From Bdellovibrionales bacterium (GTDB lineage Bacteria; Bdellovibrionota; Bdellovibrionia; Bdellovibrionales; UBA1609), in contig OY843585.1 in assembly GCA_963692945.1 (NCBI GenBank), positions 930,001 through 962,000 on the forward strand: 32,000 nt of DNA, read 5' to 3'. Numbering within the stretch: position 1 is the first letter of the stretch; the number at the start of each line of letters is the position of its first letter. The notes beneath the pieces are model-generated. The model had not been told where the DNA came from. It worked only from the letters and a program-made list of their open reading frames with translations, and made no database searches. Both the position numbers and the translations under genes were made by a program. Below, one piece after another: positions 23,503-32,000 of the stretch.

Positions 23503-24585
23503 TTATTCCCAATCATTTCTATTTTCTAGACGATTTTGAGATGGAATATGGTTTTGTTCAGCGGCTTTTTGATACCAGTAAAAAGCTTCTTTATTCATAT
23601 CATATTCATAGTCATGTTCATAGATATCACCTAATTCATATTGAGCATAAGTGAAGTTTTGTTTGGCTGCTCGTTTCATCCAATAGATCGCTTTTTCATA
23701 ATTTTGAGGAACTCCCTTCCCCTCAAGGTACATACGACTTAATTCATATTGAGCTATGGCTAAATCTTGGTTTGATGATTTTTCATACCAATAAAAGGCT
23801 CTCTGATAATGTCTAGGTATATATTTTTTATGGTAGTAGATATGTGCTAATTGATATTGAGCATAAGCAGAGCCTTCCTCTGATAGTTTTTTAAGTTTTT
23901 GAATTTCTCTTTCCATGTAAAGGTTTAAATTAAAATAATATCTGACTTTCTCTTCTAGAAGATTTCTGAGGTTATCTATTTTTATCATACTTAACATGTT
24001 ATGACTGGATATAAAAAGGATTCCAGCCACTTGGTTTTTTTCGTCTAGCACAGGAGAACCACTGGCTCCAAGCCAAATTATATCTTGATTAACAGGAAAA
24101 GTGTAGAAGACTTCATTGTTATTTATGAGAGGGCCTGTTTTTTCTGCTATTGTAAGGAAGCCTTTAGGGTAACCTATTACAGAAAGTTTCTCCGTAGGAA
24201 GTGGTTGTTCCTTTTTTAGTGTTAAATAATTTTCAACCTCCCCATCTATTTTAAGGATTGCTAGATCATGTAGGGAAGATATTTTTTGAATACTTTTTGC
24301 TTTTAATTTTTGAGGGTTATTGTCTTGCGATAGAATAATGTGATCAATACGATTTCTTTGCGATAAGTTATCTAAGATATGGAAATTAGTAACAAATTGA
24401 TTTGGACTTATGAAGAATCCAGTTCCTTGTGTGGTTTGACTGTTTATTTTCCATATATATTCTTTTATATTTGGTGTAGTGGTTTTTGGAGTTTTGGAAA
24501 ACACTGTATTGCAAGTAGAGATGGGGGGGGGTGTAGCAAAAGAAATATTTGAGAAAAGAAAATATAAAAAAACAAAAAATATCAT
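23503..24585 (-). CDS. Secreted trypsin-like serine protease fused to C-terminal Sel1-like repeats
   Basis: Signal peptide MIFFVFLYFLFSNISFA. The His, Asp and Ser regions are GTGFFISPNQFVTNFHIL, HDLAILKI and GASGSPVLD. The C-terminus has several AQY(Q/E)L...Y..G.GV...Y..A..WY.KAA Sel1-type repeats. Confidence 0.8.
   Translation of the reverse strand: MIFFVFLYFLFSNISFATPPPISTCNTVFSKTPKTTTPNIKEYIWKINSQTTQGTGFFISPNQFVTNFHILDNLSQRNRIDHIILSQDNNPQKLKAKSIQKISSLHDLAILKIDGEVENYLTLKKEQPLPTEKLSVIGYPKGFLTIAEKTGPLINNNEVFYTFPVNQDIIWLGASGSPVLDEKNQVAGILFISSHNMLSMIKIDNLRNLLEEKVRYYFNLNLYMEREIQKLKKLSEEGSAYAQYQLAHIYYHKKYIPRHYQRAFYWYEKSSNQDLAIAQYELSRMYLEGKGVPQNYEKAIYWMKRAAKQNFTYAQYELGDIYEHDYEYDMNKEAFYWYQKAAEQNHIPSQNRLENRNDWE
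24523..24531 (-). repeat. G9 (C9 on the coding strand) homopolymer encoding PPP right after the signal peptide
   Basis: Counted directly: 8 g at 24523-24530 plus g at 24531, corresponding to codons ccc ccc ccc of ATPPPIST. Confidence 0.95.
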
Positions 24586-24845
24586 GGTTCAATAAATATC
24601 CTTCAAAGAATTCATTTTAGCTATTTTCTATTTTTGAGAAAGATGATTCTCAATAAATATTAAATCTACCTTAATTATTATGACTGTACTTTATCAGGCA
24701 AGTAATATATAGAAAAAAATGTAGGTCAAAAATCTTCTATTTTTTGAAATTAAGAGAAATAGCCTGTTTTTACATTAAAACCAGTTTTTCATTTTAAAGA
24801 AATAAATGGTTTTTTATAAAAAATCCTTATAGAAATATTAAAAAT

Positions 24846-25379
24846 TTAATAGTTTTCTAAACTTAAGCTTTGATGAGTGGCTTGTATAACAGAAGCGATA
24901 CGAATTACAGATTGAATGGCTTCCACAGTTAGACCTTCTTGTTTTAATTTTTGACTATGGCTTTTTAAACACATTCCACAACCTGTAATGGCAGAAATGG
25001 CTAGGGAATAAATTTCAAAATCTTTAGAATCCATTCCATGTTTAGTCATCATAGTCATTCTTAATCCAGCTGGTCTTTTAGAAAGCTCATCATCTTCTAT
25101 AAGATGAATAGATCTGTAGTAGATATTATTCATGCCCATTAAAGATACAGCTGTTTTTATTCCCATAATATCTTGTTCAGAAAGTGTGGTTTCACTTGCT
25201 GAAAGGAGCTGTTTTACAAGAAAAGCATTTCTTACACTCATAGCAACACTCAGTGCTGAACCTAAAATTTGTTTTTCAGACAAGCCAGGAGATGCGTCAG
25301 GAGTTAGGACATTCCCTAAGTTGATACGAATGTCTTTCGCATAGTCTTTAATAGATTCTTTGATAATATCAATAGACAT
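24846..25379 (-). CDS. ahpD: Alkylhydroperoxidase AhpD (carboxymuconolactone decarboxylase family)
   Basis: The CxxC active-site region is ITGCGMCLKSH. I place the start at ATG 25379 (MSIDIIKESIKDY, 177 aa), 1 nt after the ahpC stop. The track's 25442 start would overlap ahpC by 62 nt. Confidence 0.8.
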   Translation of the reverse strand: MSIDIIKESIKDYAKDIRINLGNVLTPDASPGLSEKQILGSALSVAMSVRNAFLVKQLLSASETTLSEQDIMGIKTAVSLMGMNNIYYRSIHLIEDDELSKRPAGLRMTMMTKHGMDSKDFEIYSLAISAITGCGMCLKSHSQKLKQEGLTVEAIQSVIRIASVIQATHQSLSLENY

Positions 25380-25380
25380 T

Positions 25381-25911
25381 TTAAAGAGTTTTTTCACCTT
25401 TTTCCCAATTGCATGGGCAAAGCTCATCCGTTTGTAGAGCATCTAAAACCCTTAAAACTTCTTTTGGGCTTCGTCCTACATTGAGATCAGTGACATAAAC
25501 AAAACGAATGATTCCATCAGGGTCTATAATGAAAGTTGCTCTTTGAGACACTCCTTCATTCATATCTAAAATACCTAAAGAGGCTGAAAGTTCTCTTTTA
25601 ATATCTGCAAGCATAGGAATTTCAAGACCTTTTAAACTTGGTTCATTTGCTCTCCAAGCAAGATGAACATATTCGGAGTCCACAGAAGCTGTCAGAAGTT
25701 GAGCATCTCTTTCTTGAAAATCCTTATTCATTTCATTAAAACCTTTTATTTCTGTAGGGCATACAAAAGTAAAATCTTTTGGATAAAAAAACAACACAAG
25801 CCATTTGTCTTTATAAGATTTATTACTGATTTCTGTGAAAGCTGTTTTTGGGTTTGTTGATACAACAGCTTTTAAATTAAATTCTGGTAATTGATCTCCT
25901 ATTCCTAGCAT
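25381..25911 (-). CDS. ahpC: Peroxiredoxin, AhpC/TSA family
   Basis: The peroxidatic Cys motif is FYPKDFTFVCPTE and the C-terminal Cys pair is ELCPCNW. It lies directly upstream of ahpD. Confidence 0.8.
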   Translation of the reverse strand: MLGIGDQLPEFNLKAVVSTNPKTAFTEISNKSYKDKWLVLFFYPKDFTFVCPTEIKGFNEMNKDFQERDAQLLTASVDSEYVHLAWRANEPSLKGLEIPMLADIKRELSASLGILDMNEGVSQRATFIIDPDGIIRFVYVTDLNVGRSPKEVLRVLDALQTDELCPCNWEKGEKTL

Positions 25912-25979
25912 TCTTCGCCTCCTTTTTTATATGGTAAGGTTAAGCACACTAACAAAGAAACTTCATAAAGAAAAGAGAT

Positions 25980-27029
25980 TTAATGAGATTTTTTTATTTC
26001 AAAAAATAGAAATTGATTTTTTTGTGTAGGACTAAAATTGTTATCGCTGACAAAAACAAGAAGTTGTTTTTGAGGTCCAATAGAGGGGCCTAAAGTCATA
26101 CCTTCTAAGTTATCAATTTCAAAGTTTTTTTCTTCTTTTGAAGACCAGAGAATCTTTTTGGAGCAGGGTATAAATTCCTTGAGATTTTTCTTTTTTAAGA
26201 GATTCAATGCTTTTTGACAATTTGTGAAAAATAGAAGAGTAAAATTACTTTTCTTTTTGTCATTGTAAGCCCTTTCTAAGGTTAAGAAAGTCTTATTTTC
26301 TAAGAAAATAATTTCTGTGAGGCCAGTTAAGGGGTTAAGAATGTAGGGGTATTGGGTGATGAGTTTTTTATTATTCATTTCAAACTCACTCAGTCGAATC
26401 CAATTTTCTTTATAACTCTTTAAATCTTGAAAGAGAGGGGCTTCTGTCGCAACCCATAAAGTGTTAGATTGATTATCTAAACTTAAGGATTCAAAACCTT
26501 GATTTGCTTGAGCTCCAAAACTTGAGATTCTTTTTGGATCCCAAAAAACGGCAGGAGTGGGCCAAGAGTTTTTCCACAATCCTTTTTGGCTAAATTGGAA
26601 AATTTGTGTCGGATCAGGTTTTTTAAATATTTGCTGTCCCTCAGAGGCTATAAAAAAGCTTCCATTTTTTTCTATATCCAAAGCTTCAGAGTCCATATTA
26701 AAGGGGAGGGGTTGCCCTTTAGAAGTGTGTAATAAGATATGATTTTCTAGTTGAAACTGATAAGTTGTTTTCTCTTTTTTTACTAATGAAAATCTATAAA
26801 TACGATGGTTTTTTTTATCATCTGATAGAGCAAAAAACTTTTTTGTTTTAATATCAAAACTTAAAGACGATAAACCTCCTAATGAGAGTCCTTTAAACTG
26901 TGTGTCATTTTCAAAAATTTGTTCATTGAGAAGATGAACTTTAAAAGGGGGTGGTGTTTTTTGAAAGAGATAGCATTTTGTGAGTATTAGGAAGCCAAGT
27001 AGTAAGCAAGCCCTAAAACCTAATTTCAT
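25980..27029 (-). CDS. Secreted protein of the phytase-like esterase family (beta-propeller-like)
   Basis: N-terminal signal peptide. GLSLGGLSSLSFD....FFALSDD and GFESLSLD resemble the GGLSGL...SDD and FEG motifs of that family. The assignment is tentative. Confidence 0.55.
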   Translation of the reverse strand: MKLGFRACLLLGFLILTKCYLFQKTPPPFKVHLLNEQIFENDTQFKGLSLGGLSSLSFDIKTKKFFALSDDKKNHRIYRFSLVKKEKTTYQFQLENHILLHTSKGQPLPFNMDSEALDIEKNGSFFIASEGQQIFKKPDPTQIFQFSQKGLWKNSWPTPAVFWDPKRISSFGAQANQGFESLSLDNQSNTLWVATEAPLFQDLKSYKENWIRLSEFEMNNKKLITQYPYILNPLTGLTEIIFLENKTFLTLERAYNDKKKSNFTLLFFTNCQKALNLLKKKNLKEFIPCSKKILWSSKEEKNFEIDNLEGMTLGPSIGPQKQLLVFVSDNNFSPTQKNQFLFFEIKKSH

Positions 27030-27038
27030 CGTGGTTTT

Positions 27039-27068
27039 ATATTAGAAAAACTTACTTTTAAAAGTCAA
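27039..27068 (-). promoter_or_regulatory. Candidate promoter TTGACT-N18-TAATAT, 9 nt upstream of ATG 27029
   Basis: On the minus strand the -35 is at 27068-27063 and the -10 at 27044-27039. It overlaps the palindrome-motif copy at 27052-27067. Confidence 0.35.
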
Positions 27069-27099
27069 CCATCTATCTTTTAATTTGAAATTTTTTACT

Positions 27100-27762
27100 C
27101 TAGTCTTTTTCTGAAAAGTCTATAGTTCCAAAGCAAACGCTATTGGCTTTGAATTCAAAGAATCTTGAAAGACTACCAAATTCCATGTTGGTTATAGTTC
27201 CTAGCACCTTACCTCCGAAACCGTCATTTTTATCTAATAGTCTATCTTCTTCTTTTCCATAAGCATCGTCAATATCATCAGCAAAATCCAAGATTTGATC
27301 AACAATGATGTCTTTGGCTTCTTCAATGTTGTCTCTATATTCATCTATTTGGTCTAAAGCTTGGTCGTTACCTTTGTGCTCTTTTTCTAATCTATCAAGA
27401 TTTTTTTCAGCCTGACAAAGAGGTTTTAAACTGTCATCAATGGCTTTTGCCATACAGTTTTTTAAACTTCTAAGAGGATTTCGTGCCTTAAAGAGCTTGG
27501 CTATAGAATCACTGACAATGTGAACACTTGGAACTCCCGATTCATAATCTCTACAATTGCTTGAAACTTTAATTTTAGCTTTCTTTTGAATCTCTTCAAG
27601 ATCTAAATCTTTTATATCCTTTAAAGTGAATTCAGGGACTTCCTTATCTGGTCTTGGTATCGGTTTTCCATCCCTTTTACGATCTTCATTGTAATTTATG
27701 CGTGAACAGCTGGATAAGCTGACCAATGAAAACAAAATAAAAATTAAAGATAAAAATTTCAT
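27100..27762 (-). CDS. Hypothetical lipoprotein, acidic
   Basis: MKFLSLIFILFSLVSLSSCSR is a signal peptide with a lipobox-like LSSC. There is no recognisable domain. Confidence 0.6.
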   Translation of the reverse strand: MKFLSLIFILFSLVSLSSCSRINYNEDRKRDGKPIPRPDKEVPEFTLKDIKDLDLEEIQKKAKIKVSSNCRDYESGVPSVHIVSDSIAKLFKARNPLRSLKNCMAKAIDDSLKPLCQAEKNLDRLEKEHKGNDQALDQIDEYRDNIEEAKDIIVDQILDFADDIDDAYGKEEDRLLDKNDGFGGKVLGTITNMEFGSLSRFFEFKANSVCFGTIDFSEKD

Positions 27763-27922
27763 AATTAACCCACTATTTTAGTCTATAATCATTATCGGTA
27801 TGGATAGTCCTATTTCTTAAATATCCTTAGTTTATATTTATAAATAAAAATGAAAACACAGGACAAAAGACTGAAAAAAACTATATACAAAAGGTTTATT
27901 TAGACTTAAGTATAGAAAACAT

Positions 27923-29230
27923 ATGCCAGCTGCTGTTGTTATAGGGTCTCAATGGGGAGACGAGGGAAAGGGTAAGGTTGTTGATATTTTTTCAGCCCAA
28001 GCGGATTATGTGGTTCGCTATCAAGGTGGTTCCAATGCAGGACATACATTAAAGGTTGAAGGTCGTGAAATCATTCTCCATTTGGTCCCTTCAGGTATTC
28101 TTCACTCCAAAGTCATTTGTGTTATTGCTTGTGGTGTTGCTTTAGATGTTTTAGCAATTTGTAAAGAAATAAAAGCTCTTCAGTCTTTAGGATTACTTTC
28201 TTCTTCTCATCAACTATTGATTTCTGATTCAGCAACATTGCTTCTTAGTTACCATAGAAAATTGGATCAAGCTCGTGAAGAATGGGCTGGTCATGAAAAA
28301 ATTGGAACGACAGGAAAAGGGATAGGTCCTGCTTATGAAAGTCGTGCAGAAAGAAAATCTTTGTTATTTTCTGATCTTTTTGAGAGTAAAGATGTTTTAT
28401 ATCAAAAAATAGCGAATGGACTTAAAGAGAAAAACTTTCTTTTAGAATATTTTTACAAGAAAGAGTCTGTATCTATTGAGTCTATTTTATCTGAGGTTTT
28501 GGAGTGTCGTGAAATTTTAAAGTCTTATAGATGTAAAGACACTTCTTTAGAAATTTACAAAGCTCTTCAAGATGGAAAAAAAGTTTTATTTGAAGGGGCT
28601 CAAGGTAGCCTTCTTGATGTTTTACATGGCACTTATCCTTATGTAACAAGTTCTTCCACTTTAGCAGGGGGGGCTTTAACAAGTTGTGGTGTTGGTCCTA
28701 AAATGATCAATAAAATTTTAGCCATTACAAAGGTTTATACAACAAGGGTTGGTTCAGGTCCTTTTCCTACAGAATGTAGTGACACTGCAGAAGGTGAATA
28801 CCTTCAAGAAAAGGGTCGTGAATTTGGTGCTACCACAGGTCGGAGAAGACGCTGTGGTTGGTTAGACTTGGTGGCTTTAAAATATGCTATTCGTATCAAT
28901 GGCATTACAAACTTAGCTTTAATGAAATTAGATGTTTTAAGTGGTTTGGATGAAATTAAAATTTGTACCTCTTATAAAATGAAAGGCCAAGTGACTAAAG
29001 AATTTCCTAATTTATCTAGTCATTTGCAAATGGTAAAACCACAGTATCAAACTTTTCCTGGTTGGACAGAGGATTTGAGTCAAATACGATCTAAAAAAGA
29101 TCTTCCAGTTCAAGCGATTCAATATATAGATTTTATTTCAAAAGAATTAAATGTTCCTGTAGATGTTATCTCTGTTGGCTCTAGCCGGAATGAGACCATT
29201 TGGTTAGAATCTTTATTTGGAGATTTATAA
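27923..29230 (+). CDS. purA: Adenylosuccinate synthetase
   Basis: VVIGSQWGDEGKGKVVD, GGSNAGHT, GTTGKGIGPAY and GATTGRRRRCGWLD. Confidence 0.95.
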   Translation: MPAAVVIGSQWGDEGKGKVVDIFSAQADYVVRYQGGSNAGHTLKVEGREIILHLVPSGILHSKVICVIACGVALDVLAICKEIKALQSLGLLSSSHQLLISDSATLLLSYHRKLDQAREEWAGHEKIGTTGKGIGPAYESRAERKSLLFSDLFESKDVLYQKIANGLKEKNFLLEYFYKKESVSIESILSEVLECREILKSYRCKDTSLEIYKALQDGKKVLFEGAQGSLLDVLHGTYPYVTSSSTLAGGALTSCGVGPKMINKILAITKVYTTRVGSGPFPTECSDTAEGEYLQEKGREFGATTGRRRRCGWLDLVALKYAIRINGITNLALMKLDVLSGLDEIKICTSYKMKGQVTKEFPNLSSHLQMVKPQYQTFPGWTEDLSQIRSKKDLPVQAIQYIDFISKELNVPVDVISVGSSRNETIWLESLFGDL

Positions 29231-29334
29231 TTTTCTAAATTTGAAGATTTAAATTTTTTTTATCCAGAGCAACCCTTTAGTCTTAATTTTTATTTTAGTT
29301 TTTCTTTGCTTTTTGAAAACATTGATTTTTAAAA

Positions 29335-30249
29335 ATGAACTCTGATAGACTTAAGTTAATGCTTCGTAAAGTTCAAATCACTTTCTTAATGTTACTTTCT
29401 TTTACTATTATTGTAATGGGTGGTTATAATTGTGCTCAAAAAATTTCTTATCCACCTAGTGTGCCTATAGCTGTAGTTCCAGACAACCAACTAGCTTCCG
29501 AGCCAGCGGATCCCTATGCAGGTCGTCTTCCTGAAAAACCACTTGATAATCGTTGCAATCGTTCTCAGTATAGTGATTTGGAAAAAAGATATGGAGCTTC
29601 CGCTTTTGTTAGAGTGGATGCAGGAGATTTCATAGATTTTCGCCTTGGTTTAGATACAAATTTTGATGTCAATTGTAAGCGTATGTATCTAGACATGACA
29701 GAAAAAAGCAGATCCTATAAAGGAGAGTTAACAATATCTTATGAAGAGAATAATCAAATTAAAGTGGAAACTTTTAAAACAGGATATAATAAAGAAGAAA
29801 ATAAATACAATGAATGGGATGGTAGGGATAAAACAGCTAGTAGTTCTGGTAAATTAGATTCTAAGTTCTATGCTATTTTTGAAAATTCTTTTGCAGCTAT
29901 TATTCTTCAAATGGACAAGGTAAAACTTATAGATGATAGAGATGGCGAACAAAGAATGGTAGGTTCAGGAAAGATTTGGTATAAAATGTTTAGAGCTTTT
30001 GCAAATGACTATGATGTTTGTTACAGATCAGGAACTTATATCTCTAAATCAAAACGATCAGGTCGTAGGCCTAACACAAGATGTTGGTTTCTCAATGCGG
30101 GCCCTCATAGTTGTAAACCTGAAGGGGTGAACTCTGGAGTTATTGATTTAAAAGATCGTGATTATGAGTGTTATGATAAATTGGGGACATTTGGGAATTT
30201 AAATGTTCGCGAAGCTTTTAATGTTGGTGATGATGAATTTCCTTATTAA
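29335..30249 (+). CDS. Hypothetical exported, Cys-containing protein
   Basis: The N-terminal hydrophobic segment ITFLMLLSFTIIVMGGYNC may be a lipoprotein Cys. There is no recognisable domain. Confidence 0.55.
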   Translation: MNSDRLKLMLRKVQITFLMLLSFTIIVMGGYNCAQKISYPPSVPIAVVPDNQLASEPADPYAGRLPEKPLDNRCNRSQYSDLEKRYGASAFVRVDAGDFIDFRLGLDTNFDVNCKRMYLDMTEKSRSYKGELTISYEENNQIKVETFKTGYNKEENKYNEWDGRDKTASSSGKLDSKFYAIFENSFAAIILQMDKVKLIDDRDGEQRMVGSGKIWYKMFRAFANDYDVCYRSGTYISKSKRSGRRPNTRCWFLNAGPHSCKPEGVNSGVIDLKDRDYECYDKLGTFGNLNVREAFNVGDDEFPY

Positions 30250-30277
30250 AAAAAATAAATATTCAGGGAGGTAGTTT

Positions 30278-30889
30278 ATGAAGTATTTTTTAGTGTTAGT
30301 GTTCTTTTTATTTCTGGTTGATTGCGGTAGTGATAAAAAAACAGATGTTATTACCCCTGGTACAGGTTCTTTTGGTTCTTTAGCTTTTTCAAAAATCTGC
30401 TCGGGAGGTTCTTTTCAAGTTTATAAAAAATCAGTTGTAGGTGCTGTTGGTCCCTCTCAAATTAATAGTTTACCTGTAGGTGCTTCTGTATCTGTTAAAG
30501 GTGTTATAAATGATTCTCCTTGCCATTCAGGTAGTGTTAAATTCACTTGTGAGGGAACGGTTGCTATTGATACGAATAGGGCTATAATTTGTAACACAGG
30601 AACGGTTCAAGGGGGAGTTGGTTCTTCTCTAACTACAACAACAACACAAAGCTCTAGTTTGATACCTAATCTATTACAGCAAAATACGGAATGTAATCCA
30701 CTCACTCATTCTTGTGGTACTAACATAAACCCTCTAACAGCTCATGGTCATGGTTATGGTTCTGTGAATCTGATTCAGGGTCAAGTTCATACCTATGACA
30801 ATGGAACTAAAGCTTATGTAAATATTGAGTTTCCTCGTCCTAGGGGACTTTCTGTTCATGGGAATTGTTCAACAGGATTCGCTTGTTGA
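30278..30889 (+). CDS. Hypothetical lipoprotein, Cys/Gly/Ser-rich
   Basis: A strong Shine-Dalgarno GGGAGG precedes the ATG. MKYFLVLVFFLFLVDCGS carries a lipobox. The mature part contains ten Cys. Confidence 0.65.
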   Translation: MKYFLVLVFFLFLVDCGSDKKTDVITPGTGSFGSLAFSKICSGGSFQVYKKSVVGAVGPSQINSLPVGASVSVKGVINDSPCHSGSVKFTCEGTVAIDTNRAIICNTGTVQGGVGSSLTTTTTQSSSLIPNLLQQNTECNPLTHSCGTNINPLTAHGHGYGSVNLIQGQVHTYDNGTKAYVNIEFPRPRGLSVHGNCSTGFAC

Positions 30890-30915
30890 TTTTATAGTCA
30901 TTCTTTTTTAAAGTT

Positions 30916-31797
30916 ATGTTATTAGATCAACAAGATGATTTTTTTAGAGATCTTTTATTTAACAAACAATATTCTGAAAACACTATCGCTGCTTATAGGA
31001 GAGACTTATTTATTTATCAAGAATTTTGTAAAACAAAAAAGCAAATTTCAGAATTTTATCAATATCTTACAAAAAAAAATTTAAGTCCAAAATCTCAAGT
31101 TCGTATTATTAGTTGTCTAAGAATGTATTTTAAATATTTACAAAGTTGTGGAATATCTACACCTGATATAAATATTTTAAAATTTCCTAAGTTAAAAAAG
31201 AAGTTACCAAAAATTATCAGTATCAAAGAATTTAAAGCTTTATTAGAGGCTTCTAGAGAGAAAGATAAAGTTTTAACCATTCGCAATCATCTTGTATTAA
31301 GTTTTTTATATGGTTTAGGTTGTAGAGTGAGTGAATTGGTTCATTTGGATTTAGAGGATTTTAATGCTACAGAATCTTGGGTGAATATAACAGGAAAAGG
31401 GAATAGACAAAGATTGTTACCTCTATCTAAAGACCTCTATGAACTTTTAAATTTTTATTTAAAAGAATCTCGTCCGTTGGTTGTTAAGACAGAAATGCAG
31501 GCTTTGCTTTTTAATAATAAAGGAAATCGTCCTTCCCGTATAGATATTTGGAGATGGCTTAAAAAATGGTCTCAACAAGCAGGTTTTGATGATGTTAAAA
31601 ATCCCCATTCTTTTCGTCATGGATGTGCTACGGGATTGTTAGAACGAGGGGCTGATTTGAGGAGTATACAAAAACTACTAGGTCATCTCAATATTCAAAC
31701 AACTCAAATTTACACTTCTGTTACTTCTAAGCATTTGAAAGAAACTGTTGATAGATGTCATCCATTCTCTCAATCTGAAACTTCAGTTGAAGATTGA
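30916..31797 (+). CDS. xerD: Tyrosine site-specific recombinase, XerD-like
   Basis: ENTIAAYRRDL at the N-terminus, GCRVSELVHL, HSFRHGCAT, and LLGHLNIQTTQIYTSV (catalytic Tyr). XerD versus XerC cannot be settled by eye. Confidence 0.7.
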   Translation: MLLDQQDDFFRDLLFNKQYSENTIAAYRRDLFIYQEFCKTKKQISEFYQYLTKKNLSPKSQVRIISCLRMYFKYLQSCGISTPDINILKFPKLKKKLPKIISIKEFKALLEASREKDKVLTIRNHLVLSFLYGLGCRVSELVHLDLEDFNATESWVNITGKGNRQRLLPLSKDLYELLNFYLKESRPLVVKTEMQALLFNNKGNRPSRIDIWRWLKKWSQQAGFDDVKNPHSFRHGCATGLLERGADLRSIQKLLGHLNIQTTQIYTSVTSKHLKETVDRCHPFSQSETSVED

Positions 31798-31813
31798 TTT
31801 TTTAGAAGAAGAT

Positions 31814-32000
31814 TTAATTTTTATCTTCAGAAAAAAAATTGATTTTTTTTAGATTTTTACAGGTGTCATTTTGATCACATTGAGAGGAACCTAAGGGTCT
31901 TATAGGTTCTTCAACTGCGATCATTTCATATATAAACTCTGGAAGTTTAAATAAGGAGTTATTTAAAATAGTGAAATTTTCTTGTTGCAATTGTTCTGAG
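31814..32000 (-). CDS. C-terminal 61 codons of an unidentified protein (the 5' part lies beyond the window)
   Basis: The minus frame is open from 31999 to the stop at 31814-31816 (...EFIYEMIAVEEPIRPLGSSQCDQNDTCKNLKKNQFFSEDKN*). It is not in the ORF track because it lacks an in-window start. Confidence 0.35.
   Translation of the reverse strand, partial: SEQLQQENFTILNNSLFKLPEFIYEMIAVEEPIRPLGSSQCDQNDTCKNLKKINFFSEDKN

Noticed and set aside
24386-24592. 68-aa minus-strand ORF overlapping the protease gene's 5' end
   Set aside because: It is the +1 frame of the same T-rich signal-peptide region, opens with TTG and has no independent support. It is relevant only as the frame entered after a tract-length change.
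28667-28673. G7 run inside purA as a third phase-variable tract
   Set aside because: It is shorter, lies mid-gene in an essential housekeeping enzyme, and encodes the Gly-Gly of LAGGALT. It is most simply explained by amino-acid constraint.
30916-31797. xerD-like recombinase as the integrase of the accessory islet
   Set aside because: It lies about 17 kb from the islet, is embedded among housekeeping genes, and has the typical XerD N-terminal motif, so it is most likely the chromosome-dimer resolvase. A role at the repeats cannot be tested from sequence alone.

Overview
Visibly AT-rich bacterial chromosomal segment, mostly tightly packed housekeeping genes. On the minus strand: an efp operon flanked by TPR proteins, prc plus 2-oxoacid dehydrogenase E1 alpha/beta, a Lys-rich protein followed by infA and topA, ahpC-ahpD, and several secreted proteins or lipoproteins. 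On the plus strand: ruvC-ruvA-ruvB-ald, metG, purA and xerD. A very large minus-strand ORF (1-3405, open to the window edge) is missing from the ORF track because it has no stop in the window. The non-ordinary part is an accessory islet at about 8.95-13.85 kb, between ald and the E1-beta gene. It holds a PD-(D/E)XK nuclease-like gene and a convergent NYN (PIN-like RNase) gene. These are separated and flanked by three copies of a composite structured repeat, which contains a 7-bp mini-hairpin unit, an 18-bp-stem/31-nt-loop hairpin whose stem sequence differs between copies while the loop ends are conserved, and a 14-nt terminal motif ACTAGAGTTTTGTA. That motif also supplies the last codons and stop of three ORFs and brackets the nuclease gene as a perfect inverted repeat. 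Next to the islet is a phage-tail-fibre-like surface protein gene (17-aa repeats plus an S74-type intramolecular chaperone domain). Its start codon and transmembrane anchor are out of frame across a G12 homopolymer, so it is a likely phase-variable switch. A duplicated relic of its 3' end lies inside the islet. A second homopolymer (G9) sits just after the signal peptide of a trypsin-like protease/Sel1 fusion. All functional calls come from reading motifs in the translations. No database search was possible.
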